Origin: a virus
Lineage: Duplodnaviria; Caudoviricetes
DNA length: 25,885 bases
Virus record (IMG/VR): IMGVR_UViG_3300027734_000286
Location: 1 to 25,885 of that record
Strand: one strand, 5' to 3'
In this document: in pieces, positions 1-9,301 of the stretch
How positions within the stretch are numbered: the stretch's first letter is position 1
How the letters are laid out: each line of letters starts with the position of its first letter
The notes under the pieces: generated by a model
Told to the model about the DNA's origin: nothing
The model's input: only the letters and a program-made list of their open reading frames with translations
Database searches by the model: none
Position numbers and translations under genes: made by a program

Positions 1-1551
1 AAGGCTGTCGATATGCCCGCCCACACGCTGCTTTAGCTCACTCAGTAGGCGTATATCTGCCGCTTCGGTCGTCTTGCGTAACTGACGATTGATCTCTTTC
101 TTGAGAGAGTCCAAGTCCTCTACCGTAGCGGCTGAAAAGGCTACGCCACCGGGGGTAGTCGGTTTTCCTTCAACAGTTAAAATTGCGCTAGGTTCAGTCG
201 TTTCTGGACGAAATTTAGACCGCACGCGGTTGTAGATCGACGGGAAAGTCTTGAAGATATCCGAGGCTTGTGAGCCAGCCACAAAATTGTAGATATCATC
301 CACCGATGCGGCGGGGAGTTCTACATTCTTGTCTTTGGCAATCTTGAACGCTTCGGTATACAGCGGCGTTACAGACTTACGCGCCGCGTCTTCTTTCCGC
401 GCTACCAAAGCCTCTACGCGCTGCCCAAACGCAGTCGGATCGACTTCTTGATTACGCGATAGGCTGGCTATTTCATCGTCAATTGTTTGCGCTTTTTTGG
501 TCTGCGCTTTTGCGATATCGACGGGCTTAAGATTAACTGCGACGTTGGCGGGATCACCAAACAATCGAATTTGATTGGCCGTCAACGCCCGTTTTGCCAG
601 TTCATATTGCGAGCCAAATTGGGCACGGAATACTGGATCGCGGGAGGATAGGTTTTGGATAAACGTATTGATGACGGGATTATCAGCCAATAGCGCGCTG
701 ATTGGCATGTTGACTTCCGCACCGCCTGGCGCGCGCAACGATACGCTTTTTTGTGCTTTAGCCGCTTCTTCCAGCACGGTCATAAAATTGGGGTCTGCTG
801 CACCCGCCGCAATAAAGACGTTATTGATACGGCTGTCCACATCGCGCAGCAGTTCGTCTTCCGGTGCGCCGCCTCTGATTTTTCTGACCAGATTTGCCGA
901 CGCATCGTAGGCTTTTCCGGCCAAAGGCGTCAGTTTTAGCGCAGTCCCCATGCCGTATCCAGCACCACCGCCGCCCAATAGCCCGCCCACCACGGCGCCA
1001 GTGCCGGGCGCGCCTACTTTCTCACCCGCGTATTGCCCTGCAATAACGCCAGCTTGACCGCCCGCGCCCACTACGGCCTGTTCAGCCGGACGTATCAGGG
1101 CTTGGCCGAACATGCCTAACCGCTTTGTTGCCGCCAACGGGCCAAACAAATACGACAAAGGATCGGTAACCGCTTCAGCACCGCCCGCAAGAATACGTTG
1201 GCCGCCGGTAACGGGTTCTGCACCAGTGCCGCCAAGAAACCGCATAGCTGGCTCGCGAACAGCAGCAGCGCCGCTTTCCATTGCTTTAACTACGTCAGTT
1301 TGCGCGCCACCGTATTGCGGCGCTGCGGCAGCGCCATAGGCGGTCAGTAGCCCGCTTGCATACGCCGGTATGTTGGTGACGCCTTTGCGGAGTGCTTCTG
1401 CAATCACCGCGCCGGTGCTAGGTGGCGGCGAGGCGTCACCAGCTATTGCCGCAAGTGTAGCATCGGATAATTTCGATAGGTCGCCGGAGGCAATGGCGGC
1501 TAATTCGGCGTCGGATAATTTTGATAAATCTAGCGGGAACGGCAATGCCAT
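1..1551 (-). CDS. Large internal virion / DNA ejection protein, partial (runs off the left edge; absent from the ORF track)
   Basis: ATG at 1551 with an AGGGG RBS. It reads MALPFPLDLSKLSDAELAAIASGDLSKLSD..., the frame is open where checked at both ends, and it has Gly/Ala-rich hydrophobic segments. Position after two other ejection-like genes fits a podovirus. Confidence 0.7.
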   Translation of the reverse strand, partial: MALPFPLDLSKLSDAELAAIASGDLSKLSDATLAAIAGDASPPPSTGAVIAEALRKGVTNIPAYASGLLTAYGAAAAPQYGGAQTDVVKAMESGAAAVREPAMRFLGGTGAEPVTGGQRILAGGAEAVTDPLSYLFGPLAATKRLGMFGQALIRPAEQAVVGAGGQAGVIAGQYAGEKVGAPGTGAVVGGLLGGGGAGYGMGTALKLTPLAGKAYDASANLVRKIRGGAPEDELLRDVDSRINNVFIAAGAADPNFMTVLEEAAKAQKSVSLRAPGGAEVNMPISALLADNPVINTFIQNLSSRDPVFRAQFGSQYELAKRALTANQIRLFGDPANVAVNLKPVDIAKAQTKKAQTIDDEIASLSRNQEVDPTAFGQRVEALVARKEDAARKSVTPLYTEAFKIAKDKNVELPAASVDDIYNFVAGSQASDIFKTFPSIYNRVRSKFRPETTEPSAILTVEGKPTTPGGVAFSAATVEDLDSLKKEINRQLRKTTEAADIRLLSELKQRVGGHIDSL

Positions 1552-1567
1552 AATAAACCCCTAATAA

Positions 1568-2923
1568 CTATTTATTTTTTTGACGTTCCCGAAGCAACGC
1601 AGCGGCTTGATCTTGCAGTGATCCAGCTCCCCCACCGCCAGCAACAGGCGCATTAAATTCGGGGATATCAGACGCCAATGCAAAATCGTCTTCGTTAAAT
1701 CCCGCCCGTTTAGCTATTTTACGTTGTGCCTCTATTTCTGCCTTGCCTTTATTGAGCGCAACCAAACGCATGGCTTGTAATGTCTTTTTGATTTTTGTTT
1801 GCGTATCGATCGTAGGTGTTCCAGTGAACAATGTAGAAGTTGCGTCTAGCAAGCTGCCAACAAGTGATGGATCGCCACCCGCGCCTTTTATCTCCTTGTA
1901 ACTCACATCGCTACCGGACAATGCTTTGGCTAACTGTGTCCTTGCGGTGTTAAAGGATATGTAGTTCCCGGCCCTTATCGAGTCATCAAGAGCCTGAAGT
2001 GCTTGGTCAGTCTCATTGACGGTCGCCCTAAATGATTTAACCGAATTAAAAGTTTTTTCCCGCATTACAGCTATGGCGTTTACGTCTTTTATGCCCGGTA
2101 TTATATTTTCTACCTTAACAGTGCCCCTACGTGCTGCGGATGCCTCCGCGCGCTTATTGACCGCCGCAATTTCAGGTTGCGTTAGCGACGCGAATGGCTT
2201 GTTGTATAGTTCCATCGCGATAGCCTCGCGCTCTACGCCAAATCGCGCTGCTGCTTTATCTTCCCCATACGCCAATCGGTTAAAGGCTTTTGCATATTCG
2301 GTATTGTATTGCGGCGATCCTTCTGGGAAACCCGTTAATGCGGCGGCGGCTTTAGCCAAAGTAATTTCTTTAGCCTGCGCTGGCGGTGCTTTAGCAGTCA
2401 GTCCTTGTAAGGTTGTAAGCTGACCCGTAAACGATTTCAACGCCGCTTCACGCCCTGGTGTGTCTTCCGGCAAATCCGTAATTCGCGTTATTTGTTCTTG
2501 TAGCGCACTTATTGCTTCTGCGTTTCTTTGCTCGGGTGTTTGCTTTTCTGCCGTCCGTTGCCGTATTTGCGCTAAAGTTGCAGCAGCTTCACGCGCACGC
2601 GTAGCCAACGCCGCAGCTAGACTGTTGTTGCCCATCTGCGCGGCCATTTGCGCGCCCTTGGCGATAGATTCGGGATCGTTCGGGTCTATCTGACCGAGAA
2701 TCCGCTGCTGTTGGCTAATCATCCGCAGTTGCGGGTCTTGCACACCGAACAGTTGCCCAATGCCCGAGCCGAGCTGCTGACCGGCCATATAGGTGCCGTA
2801 TGACGCGCGTTGCAGCGGCTCCATCTGCGCGTATTGTGCTGCCTGCGCCTGCTGCTGCTGTAGTCGTGCCTGCTGATACATTTCCGGTGTCTGGAACAGC
2901 CCGCCCATTGCGCTCTCTGCCAT
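1568..2923 (-). CDS. Internal virion / ejection protein (helical, Gln/Ala-rich)
   Basis: 451 aa ORF with AGGGG RBS, QQQQAQAAQ tracts and coiled-coil character, in the podovirus ejection-gene position. Confidence 0.65.
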   Translation of the reverse strand: MAESAMGGLFQTPEMYQQARLQQQQAQAAQYAQMEPLQRASYGTYMAGQQLGSGIGQLFGVQDPQLRMISQQQRILGQIDPNDPESIAKGAQMAAQMGNNSLAAALATRAREAAATLAQIRQRTAEKQTPEQRNAEAISALQEQITRITDLPEDTPGREAALKSFTGQLTTLQGLTAKAPPAQAKEITLAKAAAALTGFPEGSPQYNTEYAKAFNRLAYGEDKAAARFGVEREAIAMELYNKPFASLTQPEIAAVNKRAEASAARRGTVKVENIIPGIKDVNAIAVMREKTFNSVKSFRATVNETDQALQALDDSIRAGNYISFNTARTQLAKALSGSDVSYKEIKGAGGDPSLVGSLLDATSTLFTGTPTIDTQTKIKKTLQAMRLVALNKGKAEIEAQRKIAKRAGFNEDDFALASDIPEFNAPVAGGGGAGSLQDQAAALLRERQKNK

Positions 2924-2933
2924 GATTTAACCC

Positions 2934-4148
2934 CTAAAAATCGTAATTAGCACTATACGGTGCTGGTGTCGGAGAAACCCCGCCACCACCCATACCGTAT
3001 ACATTACCAGCACCATACTGATTACTTAATTGCTGGCCTTGCTGGTATTGATTATAGAGGCTAGTCAATGATGGAGCGTTCTGAGAAACGTAGTTGCTAA
3101 GACCGGAAAACAATCCCGCCGTCGGGCTGTAACCGGCTGGCCCTTGCACCGTTTGCGCTGCCTTAATACCACCGGTTAATAGCGCGTTTGCCCCCGTTTG
3201 ATTGACGTTCCGACCACCTATCGCCGCGCCCATTTCCAGTGGTGCTTGGCCTAACGATTCGATGGTCTGTGCAGTGCCAAGACTCGACGTGAAGGGTGCA
3301 TAGGCACCGGCTAGGCCACCGGTGTAACTACCGAGCAGTCCAGCACCAGTGCCGAATAGATTTGCACCAAAGGCTGTCTGTTGCCGCCCTTCTGCCGTTG
3401 CTTGCGCGGCCAGTGATGCGTCTTGCTGCGCCAGCGCGTTGTAGTAGGCTTCCAGCTCTGGATTCGCCGCACGAAGACCCACGCCGCCGCCTGGTCGCAA
3501 TCCAGTGCCGCCTACGGCCAGCCCACCGCGTCCGGTATTGAATAACGTATTTTGCAAGCCCGCGTATTGCCGTTCACGCGAGGGCGCCAGCAAATCCTGC
3601 TGCCTTTGCATATATTGGGCTGCGGCTTCTTCCGGTGATTGTGCCAGATACCCCGCGCCGAGGTTGAACAGCCCAGATGCAGCACCGGTCAGCGGTGCGT
3701 AACGACCCTGTGCCGCTTCAGCCTCGGTCAGCCCTTGACCGGTCAGACCCATGATGCGGTCTTGATAGGCTTTTAGCTCTGGACTGAGCGTGTAGCCAGC
3801 ACCAGTGACACGACCATCGGGGCCGGTTGTAAACTGCGATTGCCCGAACCGCGTGGTGACGCCAACCGGACGAAACCGCGCTTCGTCAGCGGCTATTCTG
3901 GCAGCTTCTAATTGGGCTTGGGCCGAGGCATTGGCGGCGTCTCTCGTAGCGCTGGCTTGATTTTGGCTGCCCATATAGCCAAGTAATGCTGATCCCCCGG
4001 CGACGGCGGCGGTAACTGGATCACGCCGTTCGCCGTATGCCGCGCCACCAGTGGGATCACCAACTGGGTATTCGGATGCCCATGCGCGAGATTGCGCGCG
4101 GCTGAGATAAATCTTATTGTCGTCAAGACGCATATCTGGCCTACGCAT
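2934..4148 (-). CDS. DNA ejection/pilot protein (positional analogue of P22 gp7 / T7 gp14)
   Basis: 404 aa, Gly/Ala/Gln-rich, with a DPVTAAVAGGSALLG...ANASAQAQLEAARIAA segment typical of ejection proteins. GAGG RBS; overlaps the upstream GNAT-like gene. Confidence 0.65.
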   Translation of the reverse strand: MRRPDMRLDDNKIYLSRAQSRAWASEYPVGDPTGGAAYGERRDPVTAAVAGGSALLGYMGSQNQASATRDAANASAQAQLEAARIAADEARFRPVGVTTRFGQSQFTTGPDGRVTGAGYTLSPELKAYQDRIMGLTGQGLTEAEAAQGRYAPLTGAASGLFNLGAGYLAQSPEEAAAQYMQRQQDLLAPSRERQYAGLQNTLFNTGRGGLAVGGTGLRPGGGVGLRAANPELEAYYNALAQQDASLAAQATAEGRQQTAFGANLFGTGAGLLGSYTGGLAGAYAPFTSSLGTAQTIESLGQAPLEMGAAIGGRNVNQTGANALLTGGIKAAQTVQGPAGYSPTAGLFSGLSNYVSQNAPSLTSLYNQYQQGQQLSNQYGAGNVYGMGGGGVSPTPAPYSANYDF

Positions 4149-4554
4149 AGTTACACCTCGTGCATTTCAAATATACCAAACCGCCATCGACTTTAGTTTT
4201 TACAAAACCTAGTCTTTGGCAAAAAGTTAGCCCTTTTTCATTCTTTGAATCCACCACCGTTATTGCAAAACCAAAAGTATTGATAGTCTTAACCAACGTA
4301 TCGCGAAGATGCCTGAGTATCGACGCGGTAGGTTTTTCACCGTAACCAATATGAAGTTCATTTTCTTTTGCAATTACAGCGCCGATTATCTTGCCTTGCT
4401 GTTTAAGCGGCACAACAGACCAATCTTTTAGTGATTGCGTAAAATTATCGAATGGCATATTAAGCCTAGTCTTAACAGATTCGTAGAGCAGCATAAGCGC
4501 GCATAATTTTTCTTCCGCTGAAAAATTACCAGTAATCAAGCTGTCCGTTTCCAC
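4141..4554 (-). CDS. GNAT-fold acetyltransferase-like protein (position of P22 gp14 / T7 gp13)
   Basis: C-terminal NEKGLTFCQRLGF matches the GNAT motif B pattern (N..a..F..rlGF). Lies between tail and ejection genes. Confidence 0.65.
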   Translation of the reverse strand: METDSLITGNFSAEEKLCALMLLYESVKTRLNMPFDNFTQSLKDWSVVPLKQQGKIIGAVIAKENELHIGYGEKPTASILRHLRDTLVKTINTFGFAITVVDSKNEKGLTFCQRLGFVKTKVDGGLVYLKCTRCNYA

Positions 4555-4569
4555 ATATACACCGTAGAG

Positions 4570-5490
4570 TTATTCATACAATATGTTAATTGTTCCCGCA
4601 TCAAAATTATCTGTGCCATTGACTGTAGTAATGCGAACTCGGTCAAGGGTTGCAGAAAGCGTTTTAGAACCAGCAGCAGGTTGAATTGCAACCGCAGTTA
4701 CTAAAGAACTGCCATTTTGAACCCAAATATTTCCACTTAAATTTGTAAAAACCATTGTTCCAATTTGCAAATAACTAGCGGAAGGATTAATAGCCAACAC
4801 AAAACCTGTCGTTAAACCTCCGTAAGCATTTCCTGATACGTATCCTGTAGTTTCAATACCGCCAGAATCTCCAATTTGAATTTGTATGGAAGACCCGCCA
4901 TCAGTAGAAAGACCATCAAACATAACAGTTACACGCTTTACCCAACTTGGTATACCAGTAAAGTCAATTGAAGTACCTGATGTTGACGACACAGCAGTGC
5001 CAGATGAAATAACACTTGCGTTCATAACCGGAGTGCCGCCAATGTTGGGGCTGGTTAATGTTTTATTTGTAAGAGTTTGTGTATCACTTGTGCCCACTAC
5101 AGCGCCCGATGGTGATGATTTGGTTGCCCAGTTATCCAGATCAGCATCCCACGCTTGCACGTTTGTGCCAATTACTAACCCTAAATTTGTTCTGGCCCCC
5201 GCCGCCGTTGACGCGCCGGTGCCGCCATCGGCAACAGCCAAATCGGTTATGCCGGTAATCGTGCCACCAGAAATCGTTGCCGTAGTAATAGCCGCTGTTG
5301 TAATCGTTGCGGTTGGTATAACAACGGTGCCGGTAAACGTAGGCGACGCAAGATCAGCCTTTGTTGCTATCGCGGTGGCGATATTGTCGTATTCCGTATT
5401 GATCTCTGTGCCTTTGACGATCTTAAGCGGATCGCCGGACGACAGGTTATCTTTGGTCGCAAAGTTGGTGCTTTTTGTGTAATTTGACAT
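4570..5490 (-). CDS. Tail fibre / spike protein
   Basis: N-terminal anchor MSNYTKSTNF..KD...IVKGTEINTEYDNIATAI, the fibre motif LAVADGGTGASTAAGARTNLG, TQTLTNKTLT repeats and a beta-rich C-terminus. Confidence 0.8.
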   Translation of the reverse strand: MSNYTKSTNFATKDNLSSGDPLKIVKGTEINTEYDNIATAIATKADLASPTFTGTVVIPTATITTAAITTATISGGTITGITDLAVADGGTGASTAAGARTNLGLVIGTNVQAWDADLDNWATKSSPSGAVVGTSDTQTLTNKTLTSPNIGGTPVMNASVISSGTAVSSTSGTSIDFTGIPSWVKRVTVMFDGLSTDGGSSIQIQIGDSGGIETTGYVSGNAYGGLTTGFVLAINPSASYLQIGTMVFTNLSGNIWVQNGSSLVTAVAIQPAAGSKTLSATLDRVRITTVNGTDNFDAGTINILYE

Positions 5491-5499
5491 GACGGATTC

Positions 5500-7059
5500 C
5501 TACGTAAACTTGCCATTTTTGGCTTGGATTTCAATCTTCTGAATGGACAGTTGCGCGCCGTTAATATCGGCCTCATAGCCCGTCTGCACAATCTTACCCG
5601 CGCCGCTGGCGCTGACGACTAGGGTCTGTAGCGCCACGCCGTCGGAATACTCGGCCAGTGGAACACCATTCGCGCCGTATTCGGCCAACCCATAATACGA
5701 TACGCCTTGTGCCGGGATAAACGAGTTTGCGGAAAGGTAATTGCCCGAAAAGTCAAAGCACCACTTGAACGTGACGTATTGATTGGTGCCGCCGATCACC
5801 ACAATACCCAACCGCTTCAGCACCGACGTTTGCGATGGATTCCCAAGGTCAGCGTGGTTGGTGTAATACTGAAACCGATAGCTAGACGTATTGTCATAAT
5901 AGGCAGAATACTTGGTGACGTAGCCATTCTTGCCGATTAGCAGATCGCCGTTACGACGCGACAATAGCGACGTCGGTTCGATTGAATCCCACGTAGTAAC
6001 CCGTGACGACCCATCGTCGAGCTGGCCTCGGGTGTCAAAGCAGTAAGTCTTTTTTGACGCCGGAAGGTTCAAAAGATAAAACGCGTCACGCTCGGAAAAT
6101 ACCGACTTGATTGCCGCCAAGTCTTCACTGGAGAGTAGGTTCGTCAGGTCATTTCGGACATTCTTCGATAGATCGCGGAACGGCAGTGATTTCTCTGAAA
6201 TGGTGCGTAGCAGTGATCGCACGCCGGTATTCGAAAGGAAGATCACATCGGTCGCAATCGGCTGGATGCTGTCTCGTGACAAACAGCCGGTGCCGACAAC
6301 GGTGTCGGCCAGCGTGATATTGGCCGGACTGGTGGCACTGGAATAGACCAGGATCTGCCGTTTTCCAAAGATGAACAGAAATCCATTGTGCGAGGCCAAA
6401 CCCGTAATCTCATCCGATCCTTGCGCCCATACTCGGCTAACGTCGAGGCTACCGGAGGTGCCGGTAGACCAGATATGCCCCGCCATCAGGTCGGAGAAAT
6501 AGAGCGTGGTCTTGTCCGTAGCCGTATTTGCCGTCCACAACCGGCCATACGCGCTCAGGACGATGTTGGCGCTCGGCACCGTGGCGACGTATCCACTTTT
6601 CTCTGACACGCGCCTATAGGTCGTGGTGCTGACCGCAGGGTCGTAGATCAGCGGATCGTGCGCCGATTGAAAGAAATAGGTGATACCGTTAAGCGACGCG
6701 CATTGCCAGTTGCTTGCCGTAATGGTCGGCGCAGTGCCGCCACCGCCGTAGGTCAGCTCGACCACGGCGTTGCTGCTGTCCAGCTTGAACAGTTTGTTGT
6801 TGCCCGCGAATACGACCGTCAGCGTGCCATCCGACTGCACCAGCTCGTGCATGACGCCGATATCGTTGGCGCCGAGATTGCCGCTAGACGAATTAACTCT
6901 TGCGTAACCTTTACGCGATCCGATCCGGCCATACTGGTCGATAATGCAATTGTTAGCCACCAAAGCAAATCCAGCCGCCAAGTCCAACGGGGAATCTTGG
7001 GTATTTAGCCCAAAGAACCCCGGCGCAGCGGTCGTGAATACTTGTATGGTCTGTGACAT
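5500..7059 (-). CDS. Tail nozzle / tail tubular protein B-like (beta-propeller)
   Basis: 519 aa, beta-rich with GC...SI....DVIFLS..GVRSL propeller-like segments; directly follows the adaptor gene. Confidence 0.7.
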   Translation of the reverse strand: MSQTIQVFTTAAPGFFGLNTQDSPLDLAAGFALVANNCIIDQYGRIGSRKGYARVNSSSGNLGANDIGVMHELVQSDGTLTVVFAGNNKLFKLDSSNAVVELTYGGGGTAPTITASNWQCASLNGITYFFQSAHDPLIYDPAVSTTTYRRVSEKSGYVATVPSANIVLSAYGRLWTANTATDKTTLYFSDLMAGHIWSTGTSGSLDVSRVWAQGSDEITGLASHNGFLFIFGKRQILVYSSATSPANITLADTVVGTGCLSRDSIQPIATDVIFLSNTGVRSLLRTISEKSLPFRDLSKNVRNDLTNLLSSEDLAAIKSVFSERDAFYLLNLPASKKTYCFDTRGQLDDGSSRVTTWDSIEPTSLLSRRNGDLLIGKNGYVTKYSAYYDNTSSYRFQYYTNHADLGNPSQTSVLKRLGIVVIGGTNQYVTFKWCFDFSGNYLSANSFIPAQGVSYYGLAEYGANGVPLAEYSDGVALQTLVVSASGAGKIVQTGYEADINGAQLSIQKIEIQAKNGKFT

Positions 7060-7069
7060 TTATCGAACC

Positions 7070-7729
7070 CTAGATAGCGACAAATTCACCTTCTTCTGGA
7101 AAGCGGGTGCCTTCCAGGGCGATACTGTCGGCCAACATGCCACGGTAGAGCTGATATGCCTCGGAGCTGGTCAAACCGCCATCTTCGCCGCGCTCAACCA
7201 GCGCCCGAGCGTAGGCGTTTTGGATGACCAGTTCAGCGGGAACCGATATCACATCCCCCGCCAAGGTGAGCGTGGCTTGCGGCACGACCAGGCTAAATTT
7301 CAGCGAATAGACGCCATCGGGGATTGGGAACACGCTCACTTTGGTGTCGTAGGTTGAACCATCCACGCCGTTGAATGAATAGAAGCTCGGAATACCCGTT
7401 GCCGGGGCAGCGGGGAAATTCAGGTAGCGGTTCATCATCGCAAACGTGACGTTGGTCAGCGTGACAAAGCTGGTCGCGTTAATGGCATCGCGCACCTGAA
7501 ACTTCTGTCCGGCGCCGGTGACCGTGTAGGATGATGTGGCCGACACCGTGGACACCGTGATCGTGGTCGTTAGTGCGTTCCACGAATAGGCGTCTTCGAC
7601 TTGCCGTTTGGCATCGTTGACGAATTTGCCGATCAGCGTGGCGTAGGTCGTTTCGGAGAGGCTGGCGACCTGCACTTCGCGCAAGCGCACCAGCACGTCA
7701 TTGACAGCTTGCAGAAAGGTAGTACTCAT
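7070..7729 (-). CDS. Head-tail adaptor / tail tubular protein A-like
   Basis: N-terminal TFLQAVNDVLVRLRE motif, internal G.P..Y and FPIPD motifs, about 220 aa, and synteny. Confidence 0.75.
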   Translation of the reverse strand: MSTTFLQAVNDVLVRLREVQVASLSETTYATLIGKFVNDAKRQVEDAYSWNALTTTITVSTVSATSSYTVTGAGQKFQVRDAINATSFVTLTNVTFAMMNRYLNFPAAPATGIPSFYSFNGVDGSTYDTKVSVFPIPDGVYSLKFSLVVPQATLTLAGDVISVPAELVIQNAYARALVERGEDGGLTSSEAYQLYRGMLADSIALEGTRFPEEGEFVAI

Positions 7730-8061
7730 GCGCGCTGGTTCCCTTCGATTTCAAATGTCACTGCCACAGCAAAAGTAGATGCCGATTCGGTCGTAACAGA
7801 GAGGGTATCGTTTTCTTCTAAGACAACGATAATGCCTGAATCTAAATCTAAGAAGTTTTTTGCGTTGATGGTATATTCAAAAATTAGGTTGTAGGTCGCC
7901 GCGGCACTACTGTCATACCAGCTAAAGGTAAGGTGTTTATTGCCCGCACCGGTATTATTTGCGTGTAAGCGCATCAGACTGGCGTAATAACCCTTCGGCA
8001 CCGTATACAGTGTCGTTAGCGTGTTCGCAGTAGGGTTAGCGCCAATGGATACAGGTCTCAT
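7726..8061 (-). CDS. Small beta-rich structural protein (hypothetical)
   Basis: TTLYTVP...LEENDTL pattern common in phage virion beta-sandwich proteins; ATGA overlaps at both ends. Confidence 0.55.
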   Translation of the reverse strand: MRPVSIGANPTANTLTTLYTVPKGYYASLMRLHANNTGAGNKHLTFSWYDSSAAATYNLIFEYTINAKNFLDLDSGIIVVLEENDTLSVTTESASTFAVAVTFEIEGNQRA

Positions 8062-8357
8062 TTTCGTGCCTTATTCCTAGCCGAAATAGCGCGAGCTTTC
8101 GCCCGAGCATCTGCTTTGGATGAGGCACCCCACGCGTTGAGAGAAAGCAGAAGACGTGTCGGCTCCCCGTTCTTTTGCTCTGGCCCAGGCATTGCGCCCA
8201 TCCTTGCTAAAAAGGAGGCCCGACGAGGGTTGTCACCTGACTTGACCGGAGGCTTTAAATTCCCGCCGGTATCGGCATTATATGACGCTCTACCGGTCGC
8301 GTTCAAGCCGCCTTTAGGGTTTTTGCCCTCTTTTCTAGCCCACGCGGGAGTTTTCAT
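8058..8357 (-). CDS. Basic phage protein, DUF6321-like
   Basis: AWARKEGKNPKGGLNATGRASYN...NLKPP...RRASFLARM...L.AW pattern; ATGA coupling. Confidence 0.7.
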   Translation of the reverse strand: MKTPAWARKEGKNPKGGLNATGRASYNADTGGNLKPPVKSGDNPRRASFLARMGAMPGPEQKNGEPTRLLLSLNAWGASSKADARAKARAISARNKARK

Positions 8358-8500
8358 TGCTTCTTCGCGGTCTTTGCCGCGGCCTTGAAAGCTGCTGCGG
8401 TAGGCGCGCCTTTGGCACCCACTTTACGCATCTTTTCCTTGGCCCCCGCTTTAATACGCTCTTGCTTGGCGTTGATATTAGCGTACAGACCTGGCTTCAT
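8354..8500 (-). CDS. 48 aa Lys/Ala-rich small protein (not in the ORF track)
   Basis: Translated by hand: MKPGLYANINAKQERIKAGAKEKMRKVGAKGAPTAAAFKAAAKTAKKQ; ATGA overlaps with both neighbours. Confidence 0.75.
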   Translation of the reverse strand: MKPGLYANINAKQERIKAGAKEKMRKVGAKGAPTAAAFKAAAKTAKKQ

Positions 8501-8661
8501 TTTTTCTTCCCTTTAACCATGCCAGCCTCAGACATGGCGATCGCCACGGCCTGTTTGCGGGATTTCACCATCGGGCCAGCCTTGCTGCCGGTATGCAGCT
8601 CGCCCATCTTGTACTCGTGCATAACTTTGCCTATTTTCTTCTGCCCTTTGCTCATTTTCAT
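8497..8661 (-). CDS. 54 aa Lys-rich protein, DUF6496-like (not in the ORF track)
   Basis: MKMSKGQKKIGKVMHEYKMGELHTGSKAGPMVKSRKQAVAIAMSEAGMVKGKKK; AAGGA RBS upstream. Confidence 0.75.
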   Translation of the reverse strand: MKMSKGQKKIGKVMHEYKMGELHTGSKAGPMVKSRKQAVAIAMSEAGMVKGKKK

Positions 8662-8665
8662 TGCG

Positions 8666-9073
8666 CTATTCCTTGGTTATTGGCCCACCGGATTTCCACG
8701 CGTCACAAGTGCGGGCCGCAGCACAGGTGAATTGAAATAGGTCGCAGTAGCCAAGATCAGCCGCCGCGATAAACTGCTCATCGTAGGACAATTCGCCCTT
8801 GTTTTCGTCTTTTTCCAGCCCATCGAGGATACATTTCATCATCTTAGGCGTCTGGATGAACGCCGCGCAATTGCCGCAGCGCATGCCCTTGATGGCATCC
8901 GTTGGGGCATTATACATCTTGGCTTTTTTCAGCCAAAAGGCATCATTTGCCTCGTTTGGATTGGGAGGCTCGTAACCATATTCTTTGAACGCATGGTTGC
9001 GGTTTTTTAAATTGGTCGCTATATCCTGCGTCGCCAGCGGGCAGGTCACACCGGACAACAGTCCTTCTTTCAT
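8666..9073 (-). CDS. Cys-rich protein, HiPIP-like putative metal/Fe-S binding
   Basis: CGNCAAF ... GYCDLFQFTCAAARTCDAW cysteine pattern; GAGG RBS. Confidence 0.55.
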   Translation of the reverse strand: MKEGLLSGVTCPLATQDIATNLKNRNHAFKEYGYEPPNPNEANDAFWLKKAKMYNAPTDAIKGMRCGNCAAFIQTPKMMKCILDGLEKDENKGELSYDEQFIAAADLGYCDLFQFTCAAARTCDAWKSGGPITKE

Positions 9074-9076
9074 ATG

Positions 9077-9286
9077 CTATGCCTCTTTTCGTGGCCGACC
9101 GCGCCTTTTTATGCCTTGGGGCGCCGTAAACATCGTGTCCGTTCGCACTGCGTTGTGGTCGTAGGCAATCGCTGTCGGTTCTGCATCGACTTGAACATAG
9201 CCCTGATGACCGCGCATTGAATCAATATCATGCTGCAAGGTGAACGTCACCGTATTGCCACTTTGCAAACACCGAAAGGTAGCCAT
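9077..9286 (-). CDS. Hypothetical protein with a C-terminal KRRGRPRK (AT-hook-like) tail
   Basis: 69 aa ORF with AAGGA RBS, in operon context. Confidence 0.7.
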   Translation of the reverse strand: MATFRCLQSGNTVTFTLQHDIDSMRGHQGYVQVDAEPTAIAYDHNAVRTDTMFTAPQGIKRRGRPRKEA

Positions 9287-9301
9287 TTGAATCCTTTAAA
9301 C

